Below, in pieces: positions 1-10,458 of a stretch of 64,000 nucleotides of DNA (its first letter is position 1; each line of letters starts with the position of its first letter). The translations under genes were made by a program, and so were the position numbers. The stretch covers positions 1 to 64,000 of the forward strand of contig CAWJBB010000074.1 in NCBI GenBank assembly GCA_963840855.1. Direction: 5' to 3'. Below the pieces are notes generated by a model that was given only the letters and a program-made list of their open reading frames with translations, had not been told where the DNA came from and searched no databases. Source of the DNA: an uncultured delta proteobacterium. Its GTDB lineage: Bacteria > Desulfobacterota > Binatia > UBA9968.

Positions 1-228
1 ACGATTCCGACTTGACTCGTGCTCGTTTTTCGAGATCGCGTTCGTTCGAGAAGGAACACGTCCTAAAAAAATTAACGCCGTCAATTCCGTTCAATCTCCA
101 CGGCCACCGTCCCAACCCCAACCGATTCAACCTGAGCCAATCTAACCCTCGACAACAAAGTGAATAAATGGTAGGTAAGCCTGCTTCTCAAGAGATTGTC
201 GCATCCCGACAAAACAGGAGGACAGGGT

Positions 229-1263
229 ATGACCAGCTATAAGAGTTTGATTCTTGCGTTGACTGCAACGGTCGTTGGCGCCGCGTGGTGTGAGTTTGCT
301 GAAGCTGGGCCGCTGGACGATCTTATCGCCGGGGCCAAGAAGGAGGGTATCATCGAGTTTTACGGGCCATCCACTCTTGGGCCGGAAGGCGCGCAGGCAT
401 TGGCGGCGGGGTTCAACAAAAAGTACGGCTTGAATATTAAGCTCGGGTTTACCCCGTCGGGCAACATGACGCGGGATACCGCCAAGGTCATCGGACTTTC
501 AGCCTCGGGGCAACCGCCGGAATGGGATATTATGGTCGTTACCGACGCCCATCACGGCTCGTTATGGTTGCGCAAACTGCACAAATCCTTCGACTACACG
601 CAACTCGGCGTCGCCAGGGAGCGCATTGAATACGACAACGGCGCCGTTTCCGTGGCTAATCAGTTTGCCCTGCCCGCGTACAACAAGAAGATTTTGCCCG
701 CGAAAGACGTGCCCAAAAAATGGGAGGACCTGCTTGATGCCAAATGGAAAGGCAAGCTGGGCGTCATCAATTCCACGCATCACTTCGCGCGGCTGGCCGC
801 TGGCCCTTGGGGTGAAGAGAAAACCACGGCCTTTGTGAGAAAGTTGGCAGAGCAGAAACCGATCTTGAGCCGGGCGGGTGAAATGGCTCAGCGGCTGATT
901 CTGGGCGAAGTGCTCATCTCGGCGACCTTGCAAGACAGCCAGCTGCACGAGGCGGCGGAAACAGGGGCGCCGCTGGTATTTGCCGACGCGGTCCAACCGG
1001 TGGTTTCACCGGAATATAACGTGGGCGTTTTGAAAGGCGCGCCCCACTCGAACGTTGGGACATTGTTCACCGCGTTCATGGCGTCGGCCGATGTTCAGCC
1101 CATTTGGAAGAAATATACCGGCCATACTTCGGCCCATGTGCCGGGAACCGACGCTTTCAAGTTCGCGCAAGGCAAGCAGGTTGTATACATGAAGCAAGAC
1201 CAGGCAAAGCTGATTGACAAATTGACGCGAGACTACGGCAAGATATTGGGTTTCGATAATTAG
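229..1263 (+). CDS. ABC transporter substrate-binding protein (Fe3+/polyamine-like extracellular solute-binding family)
   Basis: ATG at 229 after SD AGGAGG (216-221); signal peptide; AKKEG..FY N-terminal motif and 'PKKWEDLLDAKWKGK' motif; first gene of an SBP-permease-ATPase operon. Confidence 0.85.
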   Translation: MTSYKSLILALTATVVGAAWCEFAEAGPLDDLIAGAKKEGIIEFYGPSTLGPEGAQALAAGFNKKYGLNIKLGFTPSGNMTRDTAKVIGLSASGQPPEWDIMVVTDAHHGSLWLRKLHKSFDYTQLGVARERIEYDNGAVSVANQFALPAYNKKILPAKDVPKKWEDLLDAKWKGKLGVINSTHHFARLAAGPWGEEKTTAFVRKLAEQKPILSRAGEMAQRLILGEVLISATLQDSQLHEAAETGAPLVFADAVQPVVSPEYNVGVLKGAPHSNVGTLFTAFMASADVQPIWKKYTGHTSAHVPGTDAFKFAQGKQVVYMKQDQAKLIDKLTRDYGKILGFDN

Positions 1264-1293
1264 GATGAATTGACGCCGAGGGCGGGGCGTTTA

Positions 1294-3054
1294 ATGAAAT
1301 CAGAAACTCGCGCCGTGGCCACGTCCTTCGGCGGGGAGGGGCTGGCCTATATCGGGAAGCAGGGAACTTCGCTTTTCGCCGTCGGTCTCGCTGCTTTTCT
1401 GCTAATTCTGATCGGCGTGCCGGTGGCGATGGTCGTACTCATGAGCCTTCGCACGGGCTTTCCCGGCGAGACCGTTCCACTTACCTTAGAAAACTTTTCG
1501 GAAGTTTATCTTAATCCCGGCACATACCAGATTCTGCTCAATACGTTGTTTTTCGCCGTCGCGACCGTCGGCGTCGCCCTGGTTTTTACCGTACCGCTGG
1601 TCTGGATCCTGATGCGGACGGATATCCCCCTTAAGAAAACCATCTATGTTTTGCTGACCGTTGGTATTCTGATTCCAGTTTTCTTGCGCACCATCGCGTG
1701 GATTTTGTTGCTGAGCCCGCGCATCGGTCTGATCAACAAATGGTTACAATCGCTCTTCACCTTGGACACCCCGCCGTTCAATCTTTACAGCCTGGCTGGG
1801 ATGGCTTTCGTCCAAGGGATTTCGTTCGTGCCCGGCGCTTTTTTTATGCTCGCCGCTTCCTATCGCTCGATGGACCCATCTTTAGAAGAGGCGGCTTATA
1901 CGGCGGGCGTCGGTAAACTCAGGACGTTCCTGAAGATCAACATTCCCATCACGTGGCCAGCGATTGCGGCGGTCATGGTGTATCTATTCATGACGGCATT
2001 GGCGGTGTTCGAGGTTCCGGCAATTATCGGACTGCCTGCGCGTATCCTGGTGTTGAGTTCCTTGATCTACAACTCGACGACGCCGTCAACCGGATTGCCC
2101 AACTACGGCATGGCCGGCGCCTACGGCGCCATCATGCTCGTTCTGGGTCTGGTGTTCGCATACCTCTATGTCAGGCTCGTGAAGCAAGGAAAAAAGTATA
2201 CCGTCATCACCGGACGCGGCTATCGCCCCCGGGAGATCGCCTTGGGGCGGTGGAAGTGGCCGGCGTTGGCGTTCGTCTTTTTTTATCTTGCCATCGAAGT
2301 GTTAATACCGTTTCTGGTTTTATTGTGGGCTTCCGTGCTGCCGTATCTTCAGCTGCCGTCGCAGTCGGCGTTTTCATCCATAACGCTCAAGCATTACGTA
2401 GACATCCCGCTGCGCGTCGGCGCCCGGCCGTTCATCAATACGTTTATCCTGATGTTCGCCGTGCCGACCCTCACCATGATCTTGAGCGTCCTGGTGTCGT
2501 GGGTGGTGATCAGGACTCAAATTTCCTTTCGCGGCTGGTTGGATACGCTGGCCTTTGTACCCCACGCCGTGCCGGGAATTTTGATGGCGGTGGGACTTGC
2601 TTATCTGGGCCTGGCCTACCGAGACTATTTTCCGCTCTATGGCACGGTCCTTATTATTATCTTGGCTCACACCATAAACTGGATCGCCTACGGTACCCGC
2701 ACGACCAACAGCGTGATGATTCAAGTGCATCGCGAGTTGGAAGAAGCGGGCCGGGTTGCCGGCGCGTCGACGCTCAAAGTCCTGTGGAAGATCGTCCTGC
2801 CGCTCATCGCCGCGGGCGTGCTCAACAGTTGGATCTGGATCGGCCTGCTTTCGTACCGCGAAGTCACCATGGCGCTGACGCTCTACACGCGGCACAATGT
2901 CGTCGTGTCGACGGTGGTGTGGCAGTTCTGGGGCAGTGGCTGGGTTCCGGAAGTGTCGGCGCTTGGGGTGATCCTGATTCTTTTTGCGGCGATCGTTGTC
3001 GGCACGGTGCGGGTGCTGCTCTCGCGCGTCGGCGAGATCGGCGGCGCGTCCTGA
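1294..3054 (+). CDS. ABC transporter permease (FbpB-like, two TM domains)
   Basis: Highly hydrophobic; two EAA loops (LEEAAYTAG, LEEAGRVAGA). Confidence 0.9.
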   Translation: MKSETRAVATSFGGEGLAYIGKQGTSLFAVGLAAFLLILIGVPVAMVVLMSLRTGFPGETVPLTLENFSEVYLNPGTYQILLNTLFFAVATVGVALVFTVPLVWILMRTDIPLKKTIYVLLTVGILIPVFLRTIAWILLLSPRIGLINKWLQSLFTLDTPPFNLYSLAGMAFVQGISFVPGAFFMLAASYRSMDPSLEEAAYTAGVGKLRTFLKINIPITWPAIAAVMVYLFMTALAVFEVPAIIGLPARILVLSSLIYNSTTPSTGLPNYGMAGAYGAIMLVLGLVFAYLYVRLVKQGKKYTVITGRGYRPREIALGRWKWPALAFVFFYLAIEVLIPFLVLLWASVLPYLQLPSQSAFSSITLKHYVDIPLRVGARPFINTFILMFAVPTLTMILSVLVSWVVIRTQISFRGWLDTLAFVPHAVPGILMAVGLAYLGLAYRDYFPLYGTVLIIILAHTINWIAYGTRTTNSVMIQVHRELEEAGRVAGASTLKVLWKIVLPLIAAGVLNSWIWIGLLSYREVTMALTLYTRHNVVVSTVVWQFWGSGWVPEVSALGVILILFAAIVVGTVRVLLSRVGEIGGAS

Positions 3055-3178
3055 AGCCGGCGCCGCTCGATGGCCAGACGTAGATCCCAGAGGGGTGGCG
3101 TCCAACGAGCAACCTTCATTGTCGCCGGTGACGACGATGGAAATTCCGAAACATGAGATTGCGAGTTAGCGAGGACGG

Positions 3179-4252
3179 ATGATTAGCATCAGGGGATTAC
3201 AGAAATCCTTCAAAGCGCAGCACGGCAAAGTGGATGCTCTGAAGAGCATCAATCTGGAAGTCGGCGAGGGCGAGTTCTGTGTGCTTCTTGGCCCCAGCGG
3301 CTGCGGCAAGACGACAACGCTGCGTTGCGTGGCGGGTTTGGAAAGGCCGGACCGGGGCGAGATAGAAATTGGCGATAAGCTCGTCAATGCTCCCGCGCGA
3401 AGGATTTACGTGGCGACGGAGAAGCGCGACCTCGGCATGGTGTTTCAATCGTATGCCATCTGGCCGCATATGAACGTATTTCACAACGTCGCGTTCCCGT
3501 TGACACAGGGGCGCAAGCGCTATTCCAAGGCCGAGGTGGCGGACAAAGTGCGCAACGCGCTCAAGCGCGTTCAACTCGACGGTCTTGAAGACCGGCCCGC
3601 GACGGATTTGAGCGGCGGGCAGCAGCAGCGCGTGGCGATGGCGCGGGCGATGGTAACCGAGCCCAAGATTCTCTTGATGGACGAGCCGCTGAGCAATCTA
3701 GACGCGCGCTTGCGCGAGCAGATGCGGGTCGAGCTGAAAAAAATTACCAAGTCCATCGGCGTCACAACGCTCTACGTGACCCACGACCAGGCGGAGGCCT
3801 TGAGCCTCGGTGACAAAGTGTGCGTGATGAATCAGGGTGAGATTCTTCAGACCGCCAAGCCCGATGATATTTATGTCCGCCCGGTAAACCTATTCGTGGC
3901 GCAGTTTGTTGGCGAGATGAATTTTATCAAGGGGCATGTCACCGGTCCTGACCGGGTGGAGTGCCCGTTGGGAAGAATTCACATCAAGGTGCCCAACGGC
4001 GTCGCCGTCGGCGCGGGAGTCTCTCTCGCCATTCGCCCGGAGCATGTGAGTCCGTCGCCGGTATTGAATGAGGATGCCGGCGCGGTGCGGGGCAAGATCA
4101 CGAGCAAAAACTACCTGGGCGACTCAGCACTGCTTGAAGTTGAAGTCGCCGGCGTGACTATTCTCGCCAAGCTCGCCGGCGATACTGATCTCGCCGTCGG
4201 GCAGGATGCCGTGGTCGATTTGCCGGAGCATCGCTGGCATCTGTTTCCGTGA
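3179..4252 (+). CDS. ABC transporter ATP-binding protein (PotA/FbpC-like, C-terminal TOBE domain)
   Basis: Walker A GPSGCGKT, signature LSGGQQQR, Walker B LLMDEP, H-loop YVTHDQ. Confidence 0.95.
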   Translation: MISIRGLQKSFKAQHGKVDALKSINLEVGEGEFCVLLGPSGCGKTTTLRCVAGLERPDRGEIEIGDKLVNAPARRIYVATEKRDLGMVFQSYAIWPHMNVFHNVAFPLTQGRKRYSKAEVADKVRNALKRVQLDGLEDRPATDLSGGQQQRVAMARAMVTEPKILLMDEPLSNLDARLREQMRVELKKITKSIGVTTLYVTHDQAEALSLGDKVCVMNQGEILQTAKPDDIYVRPVNLFVAQFVGEMNFIKGHVTGPDRVECPLGRIHIKVPNGVAVGAGVSLAIRPEHVSPSPVLNEDAGAVRGKITSKNYLGDSALLEVEVAGVTILAKLAGDTDLAVGQDAVVDLPEHRWHLFP

Positions 4253-4360
4253 TCAGGCCTCCCGGCACGCCAAAACCCCATCATTCCAAATTGCCGATTC
4301 TTGCAGTAGCCCGGTGTCTGTGACATACGAGTAGCAATTCCAATTGAGAAGGACCCTGTC

Positions 4361-6419
4361 ATGAGCATTTTCACTCGCAAACCCGTGGAAAATCTGCTTC
4401 GCGCCAAGTCCGTCGCCATCGTCGGCGCGTCGCCAAAGGGCGCGTGGCCGGCTGGGATCTACCGCAACCTCAAGGCCGCGAAGTTTCCCGGCGGCGCGTA
4501 TCTCATCAATCCGAACTACAACGAATTGTTCGGTGACAAGTGTTATCCCAATCTCGCCGCTTTGCCGGAGGTGCCGGAGGAGTTGTTGGTCCTCATTCCG
4601 ACCCGGGCTGTGCTCGGTGTCCTAGAAGAGGCGGCCAAGCTCGGCACCCATTCCGCGACTATTTACACTGCGGGTTTCGGCGAAGGTGACGATCCCAAAG
4701 GCAAAGAGCGCGCGCAGGCGATGAGCGACCTGTGCGCTAAAACCGGCTTTGTCATTTGCGGGCCGAACTGCATGGGATCGTATTCCGTCGGCGAGGGTTT
4801 ATGGACATTTCCCACCGCGACGCCATTGCTCAAAAAAGGCCCCGTCGGTTTGATTTTCCAGAGCGGCGGATCCCTCGGCAACTGGATCAAAGGCGCGTCC
4901 GAGCGTGGCATCGGCTTCAGCTACGCGGTTTCCAGTGGCAACGAAGTCAGTCTCGATCTGGTCGATTATCTGTCGTTTTTGGTTGACGATCCGGAAACCA
5001 AGGTCATAACCTTGATGGTGGAAGGCATCCGCCGCCCCATCGAGTTCATGACCGTCGCCGAGCAGGCGCTCAATAAAGGCAAGCCGATCCTGGCGGTGAA
5101 GCTTGGCCGCTCTGAAATGGGCAAGCGCCAGGCGATTTCTCACACCGGCTCGTTGGCGGGCGCCGACGAAGTGTTCGATGCTGTCTGCCATCGATTGGGA
5201 TTGATCCGCTGTCCGACGTTGGAGGACATGACCGAGATGACCTTGGCTTTCATGCTGGGCCGTTTTCCAAGAGGCAGCCGCGCGGCCATCGTCGTCAATT
5301 CCGGCGGCATGAAAGGGCTGATCTGCGATCACTGCGACGAACTCAAGACCAATCTCGCCCAATTGAGCGACAAGACCAAAACGGCGGTGCGGCCGTTGAT
5401 ACCGCCGGAGTTAGCGGTGGAAAACCCGCTTGAATGCGGCGTAGCGGGATTCGGCGATGAGCAAGGATTCATCAATATCGTCAAGCTGCACGCCGAGGAC
5501 GACGGCGTCGATCTACTGGCCATTCACGGCGAGCTGCCGCGTGGACAGCAGCGAAGCGCCGGCCTGTTCAAGAGTCTTGCCGAGGCGACCGACAAGCCAG
5601 TACTCGCGTTCGGGCGCTCGACCTATAGTTGTTTAGATGAAAGCCGGGCGTACCAGGAGGAGGCGGGGTTGCCATTCTTGCAAGCGATCAAGCCGACGCT
5701 GCGCGCGCTGGCCGGTTTGGGATTATACGGAGAGAGAAGGCAGCGTGGAGTGCCGACTTTGCCGGCCGCGAGCGGCGACGCCGCAGACCTCGATGGAGAG
5801 AAGCTCGAACGCTCTCCTCCAACGTCACGGCATCGATCTACCGAAGCAGGCGATGGCTGGAAACGCCACCGACGCCGGCGCGAAAGCCAAGGGAATCGGC
5901 TTTCCGGTGGCCCTGAAGCTTGTTTCACCGGACATCGTGCACAAGACGGAATCCGGCGCCGTGGTGCTCGGATTAAAGAGCGCCGAAGAAGTCACTTCCG
6001 AAGGACAAAGACTCTTGTCCAAAACGCTCGATAGAGGCCAGTTGCTGATCCAGGAAATGGTGCAGGGAACGGAAGTGTTGATTGGCGCGCGCATCGATCC
6101 GCAGTACGGCCCGTTTCTCATGGTTGGTCTTGGCGGTATCTTCGTCGAAGTGCTGAAGGATGTGTCGATTCGATTGCTCCCAGTCGACGAGCGCGAAGCG
6201 CGCGAGATGCTCAAAGAGCTGCGCGGCTACAAAGTTCTCGAAGGCGTGCGTGGCCAAGGGCCGCGTGATATTGACGCGCTGGTAAAAGCGCTGGCGGGCC
6301 TGTCCGATATTTTCGCCGCCCATCGCAATTATCTCTCCGACATGGAGATCAATCCGATCATGGTGCGGGCTAAGGGAGGCGGCGTGGTGGCGGTGGATGT
6401 GCGGTTGATTCGGAAATAA
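4361..6419 (+). CDS. Acetate/acyl-CoA ligase (ADP-forming) family, fused CoA-binding and ATP-grasp domains; one frameshift near 5807
   Basis: IVGAS, GPNCMG, FQSGG, SSGNE and phospho-His motif SHTGSLAG in ORF 4361-6034; ATP-grasp part (GFPVALK..HKTESGAV, DPQYGP..GLGGIFVE, EINP) in ORF 5637-6419; removing one base at aagctcgaac joins them. Confidence 0.85.
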
Positions 6420-6459
6420 GAAATTTAACCGCAAAGGGCACAAATTTCACAAAGGCTTC

Positions 6460-6490
6460 GTGGGGGCGGGTTTCAAACCCGCCCTTTTTT
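6460..6490 (+). terminator. REP-like hairpin followed by a T-tract; probable intrinsic terminator
   Basis: GGGCGGGTTT-C-AAACCCGCCC then TTTTTT, between convergent genes. Confidence 0.7.
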
Positions 6491-6496
6491 GACTAT

Positions 6497-7129
6497 TTAA
6501 CCCGTCACGAGCCGGTTTGATAATTCATCCTTGTCATCCGGCGAACGTGGGAAGTGTTGGGCCAGAATCTCACCGCAGCGCTCGATGGCTTTGCAGTAGG
6601 CATCGCACGCGTTACCGGATTTTAGGCCAACGGTAAGGGTCTGAACCACTTCGTTCCAAGTCCCGGCCCCAACTTTTTCGTTGATACCCTTGTCCGCCAG
6701 GACTTCCACTCGGTGTTCCAGTAAGGAGGCGAGAATCAATATCCCGGTATGCGCCTTGGTGTAATGCAGCCCCTGCGCGGTGAAAGCCGCCAGACTTCTT
6801 AGATGGACGGCTTCTGCGATGCGGTCCTTGGAAATCAAGTGTCTCTTTACGGCAGGAATAGCGCAGCAGATAGATCCCAGTGCCGCGCCCGCGAGCGGCC
6901 AGAGTAGTTGTGAATGGATGGATGCCCAAGGGTCTTGAAAGACGAACGAGGCGAGTGTGCCCGCGACCAAACCGACGCCCATACCGGCAATTTCGATCTC
7001 AGCATAGCGGGCACTTGCGCCTACGAGCATGGGTACGATCTCGCCGGCCGTCCGTTGTTCGGCGGCAACCACGGCTTGACGAATGCGCTCCTGTTCTTCT
7101 GCTGTGAAAAAAGTTTCCGCGTTGATCAT
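6497..7129 (-). CDS. TPM domain-containing membrane protein (lemA operon)
   Basis: Start MINAETFF one base after the upstream gene stop; motifs AEQRTAGEIV, GILILASLLEHRVEVLAD.GI and FPR..DDKDELSN. Confidence 0.85.
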   Translation of the reverse strand: MINAETFFTAEEQERIRQAVVAAEQRTAGEIVPMLVGASARYAEIEIAGMGVGLVAGTLASFVFQDPWASIHSQLLWPLAGAALGSICCAIPAVKRHLISKDRIAEAVHLRSLAAFTAQGLHYTKAHTGILILASLLEHRVEVLADKGINEKVGAGTWNEVVQTLTVGLKSGNACDAYCKAIERCGEILAQHFPRSPDDKDELSNRLVTG

Positions 7130-7130
7130 C

Positions 7131-8105
7131 TTACCAACTCCCCGAAGCTCCACCGCCGCCGAAGCCGCCGCCCCCTCCACTGAACCCACCATTACCACCG
7201 CCTCCGCCAAAGCCGCCGCCACCAAAACCTCCGGGAAAAACCCCACCTCCCCAATCTCCTCGGCGAGATCGGGGTCTACCTACCCACTGATTTCCCGCAG
7301 ATCCGGTGCCCACAGCCGTGCCGATGGCTCCGAGCAGGGCCCCAACAATGAGAGCTGGGAGCACCACAGTTCCAAGCCCTCCTGCAGCGAACAGTGAAGT
7401 GACTAGCCCGGAAGCCGCTCCCCCAACTGCGCCGCCCAATAATCTGCGTCGCGTCATGCCAATAAAAAGCGCGAGCATGGCGGTGATCATGAGGATCGTT
7501 ATTAGCGACGCGGCTGGTGAAGCAGTTGGTCCACCAGTCGGACGGCTTCTTTCCGGCAGCTTTTCTCCTCGGGTGATTTTGAGAATCGATTCGACGCCGG
7601 CTTCAATCCCGCCCGCATAGTCTCCCGAGCGAAAGCGCGGTGTGATCACTTCACGGATGATGCGGCTGGCGATGGCGTCCGGCATTACTCCTTCGAGACC
7701 GTAGCCGACCTCAATGCGAAGTTTTCGATCGTCGCGTGCAACAAGCAGGATTGCGCCGTTGTCGAAGCCTTTCTTGCCGATTTTCCAACTCTCTGCCACT
7801 CGAATGCTAAAGTCTTCCAGGGAGTCGCCTTTCAGGCTCGGAATCGTGAGCACTGCGATTTGGTGGCCCGTCTCCTGCTCAAATTTCTCCAGTTGAGCTT
7901 CTAGGGCGCGCGCCCGGTCTTGGGGCAGCAACTGTGCGTAGTCGTTCACCCGGCCACGAAGGGGCGGGACTTCCAACGCTAGAGCAAACGAATAGATTGC
8001 CAGGACTAGAAACAAGAAGAAGAATCCCGGAAACAGGGGGCGTGGGTGCCATAGGCTTATCTTCGGCTTAACTCCAATCCCGGGGGAGCTTCGCAACTTT
8101 CTCAT
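7131..8105 (-). CDS. TPM domain-containing protein (YgcG family) with Gly-rich C-terminus
   Basis: VPPLRGRVNDYA, QIAVLTIPSL, W.IG.KG.DNG..LLVA..DRKLRIEVGYGLEG, terminal GGGFGGGGASGSW; exact start uncertain. Confidence 0.9.
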   Translation of the reverse strand: MRKLRSSPGIGVKPKISLWHPRPLFPGFFFLFLVLAIYSFALALEVPPLRGRVNDYAQLLPQDRARALEAQLEKFEQETGHQIAVLTIPSLKGDSLEDFSIRVAESWKIGKKGFDNGAILLVARDDRKLRIEVGYGLEGVMPDAIASRIIREVITPRFRSGDYAGGIEAGVESILKITRGEKLPERSRPTGGPTASPAASLITILMITAMLALFIGMTRRRLLGGAVGGAASGLVTSLFAAGGLGTVVLPALIVGALLGAIGTAVGTGSAGNQWVGRPRSRRGDWGGGVFPGGFGGGGFGGGGGNGGFSGGGGGFGGGGASGSW

Positions 8106-8183
8106 CGTCCCTATTAACCCTCTAAATCTTCAATTCGGCTGTATAACTTCTATTTTTCCACGCACTTCACCGCACTTTGGACC

Positions 8184-8285
8184 TCACTGCGGCGGAACGT
8201 CTAACGCCAGAGCGAACGAGAGGATTGTCGGAGCGAGCAGAAGGGCAAGCCCGGCAAAAAACATCCGTGCTTTGTGCAGCTTCAT
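8184..8285 (-). pseudogene. Truncated second copy of the TPM/YgcG N-terminus (signal peptide only)
   Basis: Reads MKLHKARMFFAGLALLLAPTILSFALALDVPPQ*, matching IYSFALALEVPPLRG of the downstream gene; starts 7 nt after the lemA stop. Confidence 0.65.
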
Positions 8286-8292
8286 CTGCTGC

Positions 8293-8892
8293 TTAGAATT
8301 TTACCTGCGGAGGCTTCGCCGCACCCTCGTCGGCGCTGAAGGTCTCTCGTTCTTTGAGCCCAAGCAGATACTTTGCCGTCAGGTTAGTAGGGAAGAAGCG
8401 GATCCCTTTGTTGTATTCAGCGACACTCTCGACGTAGCGTTTGCGCGCAACGGCAATGCGGTTCTCTGTTCCTTCTAACTGGGCCTGGAGATCGCGAAAG
8501 TTTTGATTCGCTTTAAGATCGGGATACCGTTCGACAACCAGCATCAGACGAGATAACGCGCCGGATAATTGTTGTTGTGCTTGTTCGAATTTCTTGAATG
8601 TTGCCGGATCACTGAGAGCTTGCGCATCCAGCTTGATAGACGTGGCTTGGGCTCGCGCCTCAATAACTTGCTGTAACGTTTGTTGCTCAAACTGGGCCGC
8701 ACCCTTTACCGTTGAGACTAGATTAGGGATCAGGTCAGCCCGGCGCTGATATTGGTTTTGGACTTCAGCCCATGCGCCTTTGACTTCCTCATCCCTACCC
8801 TGGAGTTCGTTGTAGCCGCAGCCGGAGGCAAACAGCGTGAGAGCGAGGCAAATGACGCCGAGCAAATGCACGTGAATTTTCCTTGAGCCCAT
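8293..8892 (-). CDS. lemA: LemA family protein
   Basis: SGCGYN, W.EV.NQYQRRADLIPNLV.TVKG, VVERYPDLKANQNF.DLQAQLEGTENRI.VAR. Confidence 0.95.
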   Translation of the reverse strand: MGSRKIHVHLLGVICLALTLFASGCGYNELQGRDEEVKGAWAEVQNQYQRRADLIPNLVSTVKGAAQFEQQTLQQVIEARAQATSIKLDAQALSDPATFKKFEQAQQQLSGALSRLMLVVERYPDLKANQNFRDLQAQLEGTENRIAVARKRYVESVAEYNKGIRFFPTNLTAKYLLGLKERETFSADEGAAKPPQVKF

Positions 8893-9008
8893 GAAGAACC
8901 CTCCTTTCGGTTACCGATGAATTTATGGTTCACGAAGAAAAAGGGCAAGGGGTTGGGCGAAATTTGCCGTGAGACATGCGTTTGGAGGGCGAGGCCACGG
9001 AAGGGGCT

Positions 9009-9039
9009 GAAAGAGAAAGGGCCTACTGCGGTAGGCCCC
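9009..9039 (-). terminator. Intrinsic terminator after the permease
   Basis: Minus strand reads GGGCCTAC-CGCA-GTAGGCCC followed by TTTCTCTTTC. Confidence 0.55.
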
Positions 9040-9076
9040 GATTGTGCGGAGGTTCCGATTTCAGTTTTCGAAATTG

Positions 9077-9928
9077 TTATTCTTGCGAGCCTACGGCTGG
9101 GCGCCAGCTACTGAACCGCTTTTCAACGCGACTGAGCAGCTCCATGCCAATCATCCCGGTCAGCGCGAAAATCAGGACGCCGACAAAGACCTTATCAGTT
9201 TGAAAGGTCGCGCCGGCAACCGTGATCATAAAACCTATCCCGGCGGTGGCGGCATAGAGTTCGCCGACCATGACACCGACAATGGCCCGCCCAAGCCCGA
9301 GCCTCAAACCGCTAAGGATGAAGGGGACTGTCGAAGGGAACACAACGGTTTTGAAGATCAGCCACTCCGATGCGCCAAAACTCCTGGCGGCGGTGAGAAG
9401 ATTCATAGGGGTCGTTTTCACCCCATCGCGCGCATTGATCAGTATAGGAAAGACCGCGCCCAAAAAGATAATGCCGACCTTCGAAAGGATGCCGATTCCC
9501 AGCCATATGATCACCAAAGGCAGAAGCGCGACGCGGGGCGTCGCGTTCATTGCGTTGACAAAGGGATCAAAGATGTAGGCCACTTTCTTGTACCAGCCGA
9601 TCATGATTCCAAAAGGGACTGCGAACAAGGCCGAAAGGAAATAGCCGCCGAAGAGCTCTATGCCGCTTACATAGAGGTCGTTGAATATTTCGCCCGAGGC
9701 AAACAGCTGAACCGCAGCGTTGAAAACAAGCGAAGGCGCGCTCATGAACATTGGATTGATTAACTGAAAGGTGTTGCCCACCAGCTCCCATACAATGAGA
9801 AACAGGGCGACGCTTACCGTGCCGAGAATTTTCTTCTCATGAATCAGATAGAATTTGTATAAGCGCGAGGCTTCGGCGACTTTTACGTCGAGTAACAGTT
9901 CGTCCGCGGCATTTTCTGGATTAGCCAT
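9077..9928 (-). CDS. NitT/TauT family ABC transporter permease
   Basis: TPRVALLPL..IWLGIG, ARSFGAS, PSTVPFILSGLRLG, VGE...ATAGIG. Confidence 0.9.
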   Translation of the reverse strand: MANPENAADELLLDVKVAEASRLYKFYLIHEKKILGTVSVALFLIVWELVGNTFQLINPMFMSAPSLVFNAAVQLFASGEIFNDLYVSGIELFGGYFLSALFAVPFGIMIGWYKKVAYIFDPFVNAMNATPRVALLPLVIIWLGIGILSKVGIIFLGAVFPILINARDGVKTTPMNLLTAARSFGASEWLIFKTVVFPSTVPFILSGLRLGLGRAIVGVMVGELYAATAGIGFMITVAGATFQTDKVFVGVLIFALTGMIGMELLSRVEKRFSSWRPAVGSQE

Positions 9929-10421
9929 GGTGAGTTTCCTTTCGCGATTTATTCGGCACTGTTGGAAGGCCGGCGTTGGGATTCTCCACCGCCGCGGCAG
10001 TCAAGCCGGCGTTGTCAATCAGAGTCTGCAGGATCTGTACAAACTTCGGCCCGGCGGACTGCAGTTCTTGGAGGTGGTGGAGTGAGAGCGTCTTGAGGAA
10101 CTTTTCGCCGTCGTGAGTCAGCTTGACCAGAACTTGCCGTCGATCATCGATCGCCCGCAAGCGGCAAAGGAAACCTCGATCGACCAGCCGATCAATGAGC
10201 TCAACGGTGCTGTGATGCTGCAATTGCATCCTTTCGGCTAACACACCGACGGTCGGTTTGAGGTTGTCGGGTAGACCTCTTACGGCCAGCAAAAGTTGGT
10301 GTTGTTGGGGCTCGATGCCTGCTTGTCGCGCGGCGTTTTCACTGAAACGCAGGAAGCGGCGGATTTGATAACGAAGTTCCGCCATCGATTTGAAGTCGGG
10401 GAGATGTGCTGCTTTAGACAT
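9921..10421 (-). CDS. MarR family transcriptional regulator
   Basis: Winged-helix motifs LAERMQLQHHSTVELIDRL and DDRRQVLVKLT.DG; overlaps the permease start. Confidence 0.9.
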   Translation of the reverse strand: MSKAAHLPDFKSMAELRYQIRRFLRFSENAARQAGIEPQQHQLLLAVRGLPDNLKPTVGVLAERMQLQHHSTVELIDRLVDRGFLCRLRAIDDRRQVLVKLTHDGEKFLKTLSLHHLQELQSAGPKFVQILQTLIDNAGLTAAAVENPNAGLPTVPNKSRKETHHG

Positions 10422-10425
10422 TCTT

Positions 10426-10458
10426 ATATCGTATAACGATAATATCGTTTTACGATAT
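10426..10458. promoter_or_regulatory. Two tandem 17-bp palindromic operators (ATATCGT-N3-ACGATAW), probable MarR autoregulatory site
   Basis: ATATCGT ata ACGATAA (10426-10442) and ATATCGT ttt ACGATAT (10442-10458) immediately upstream of the marR ATG; minus-strand TTGACA at 10482-10477. Confidence 0.7.

Noticed and set aside
7131-7250. GGC/GGT-rich low-complexity tract as a repeat element
   Set aside because: It encodes the normal Gly-rich tail of YgcG/TPM proteins.
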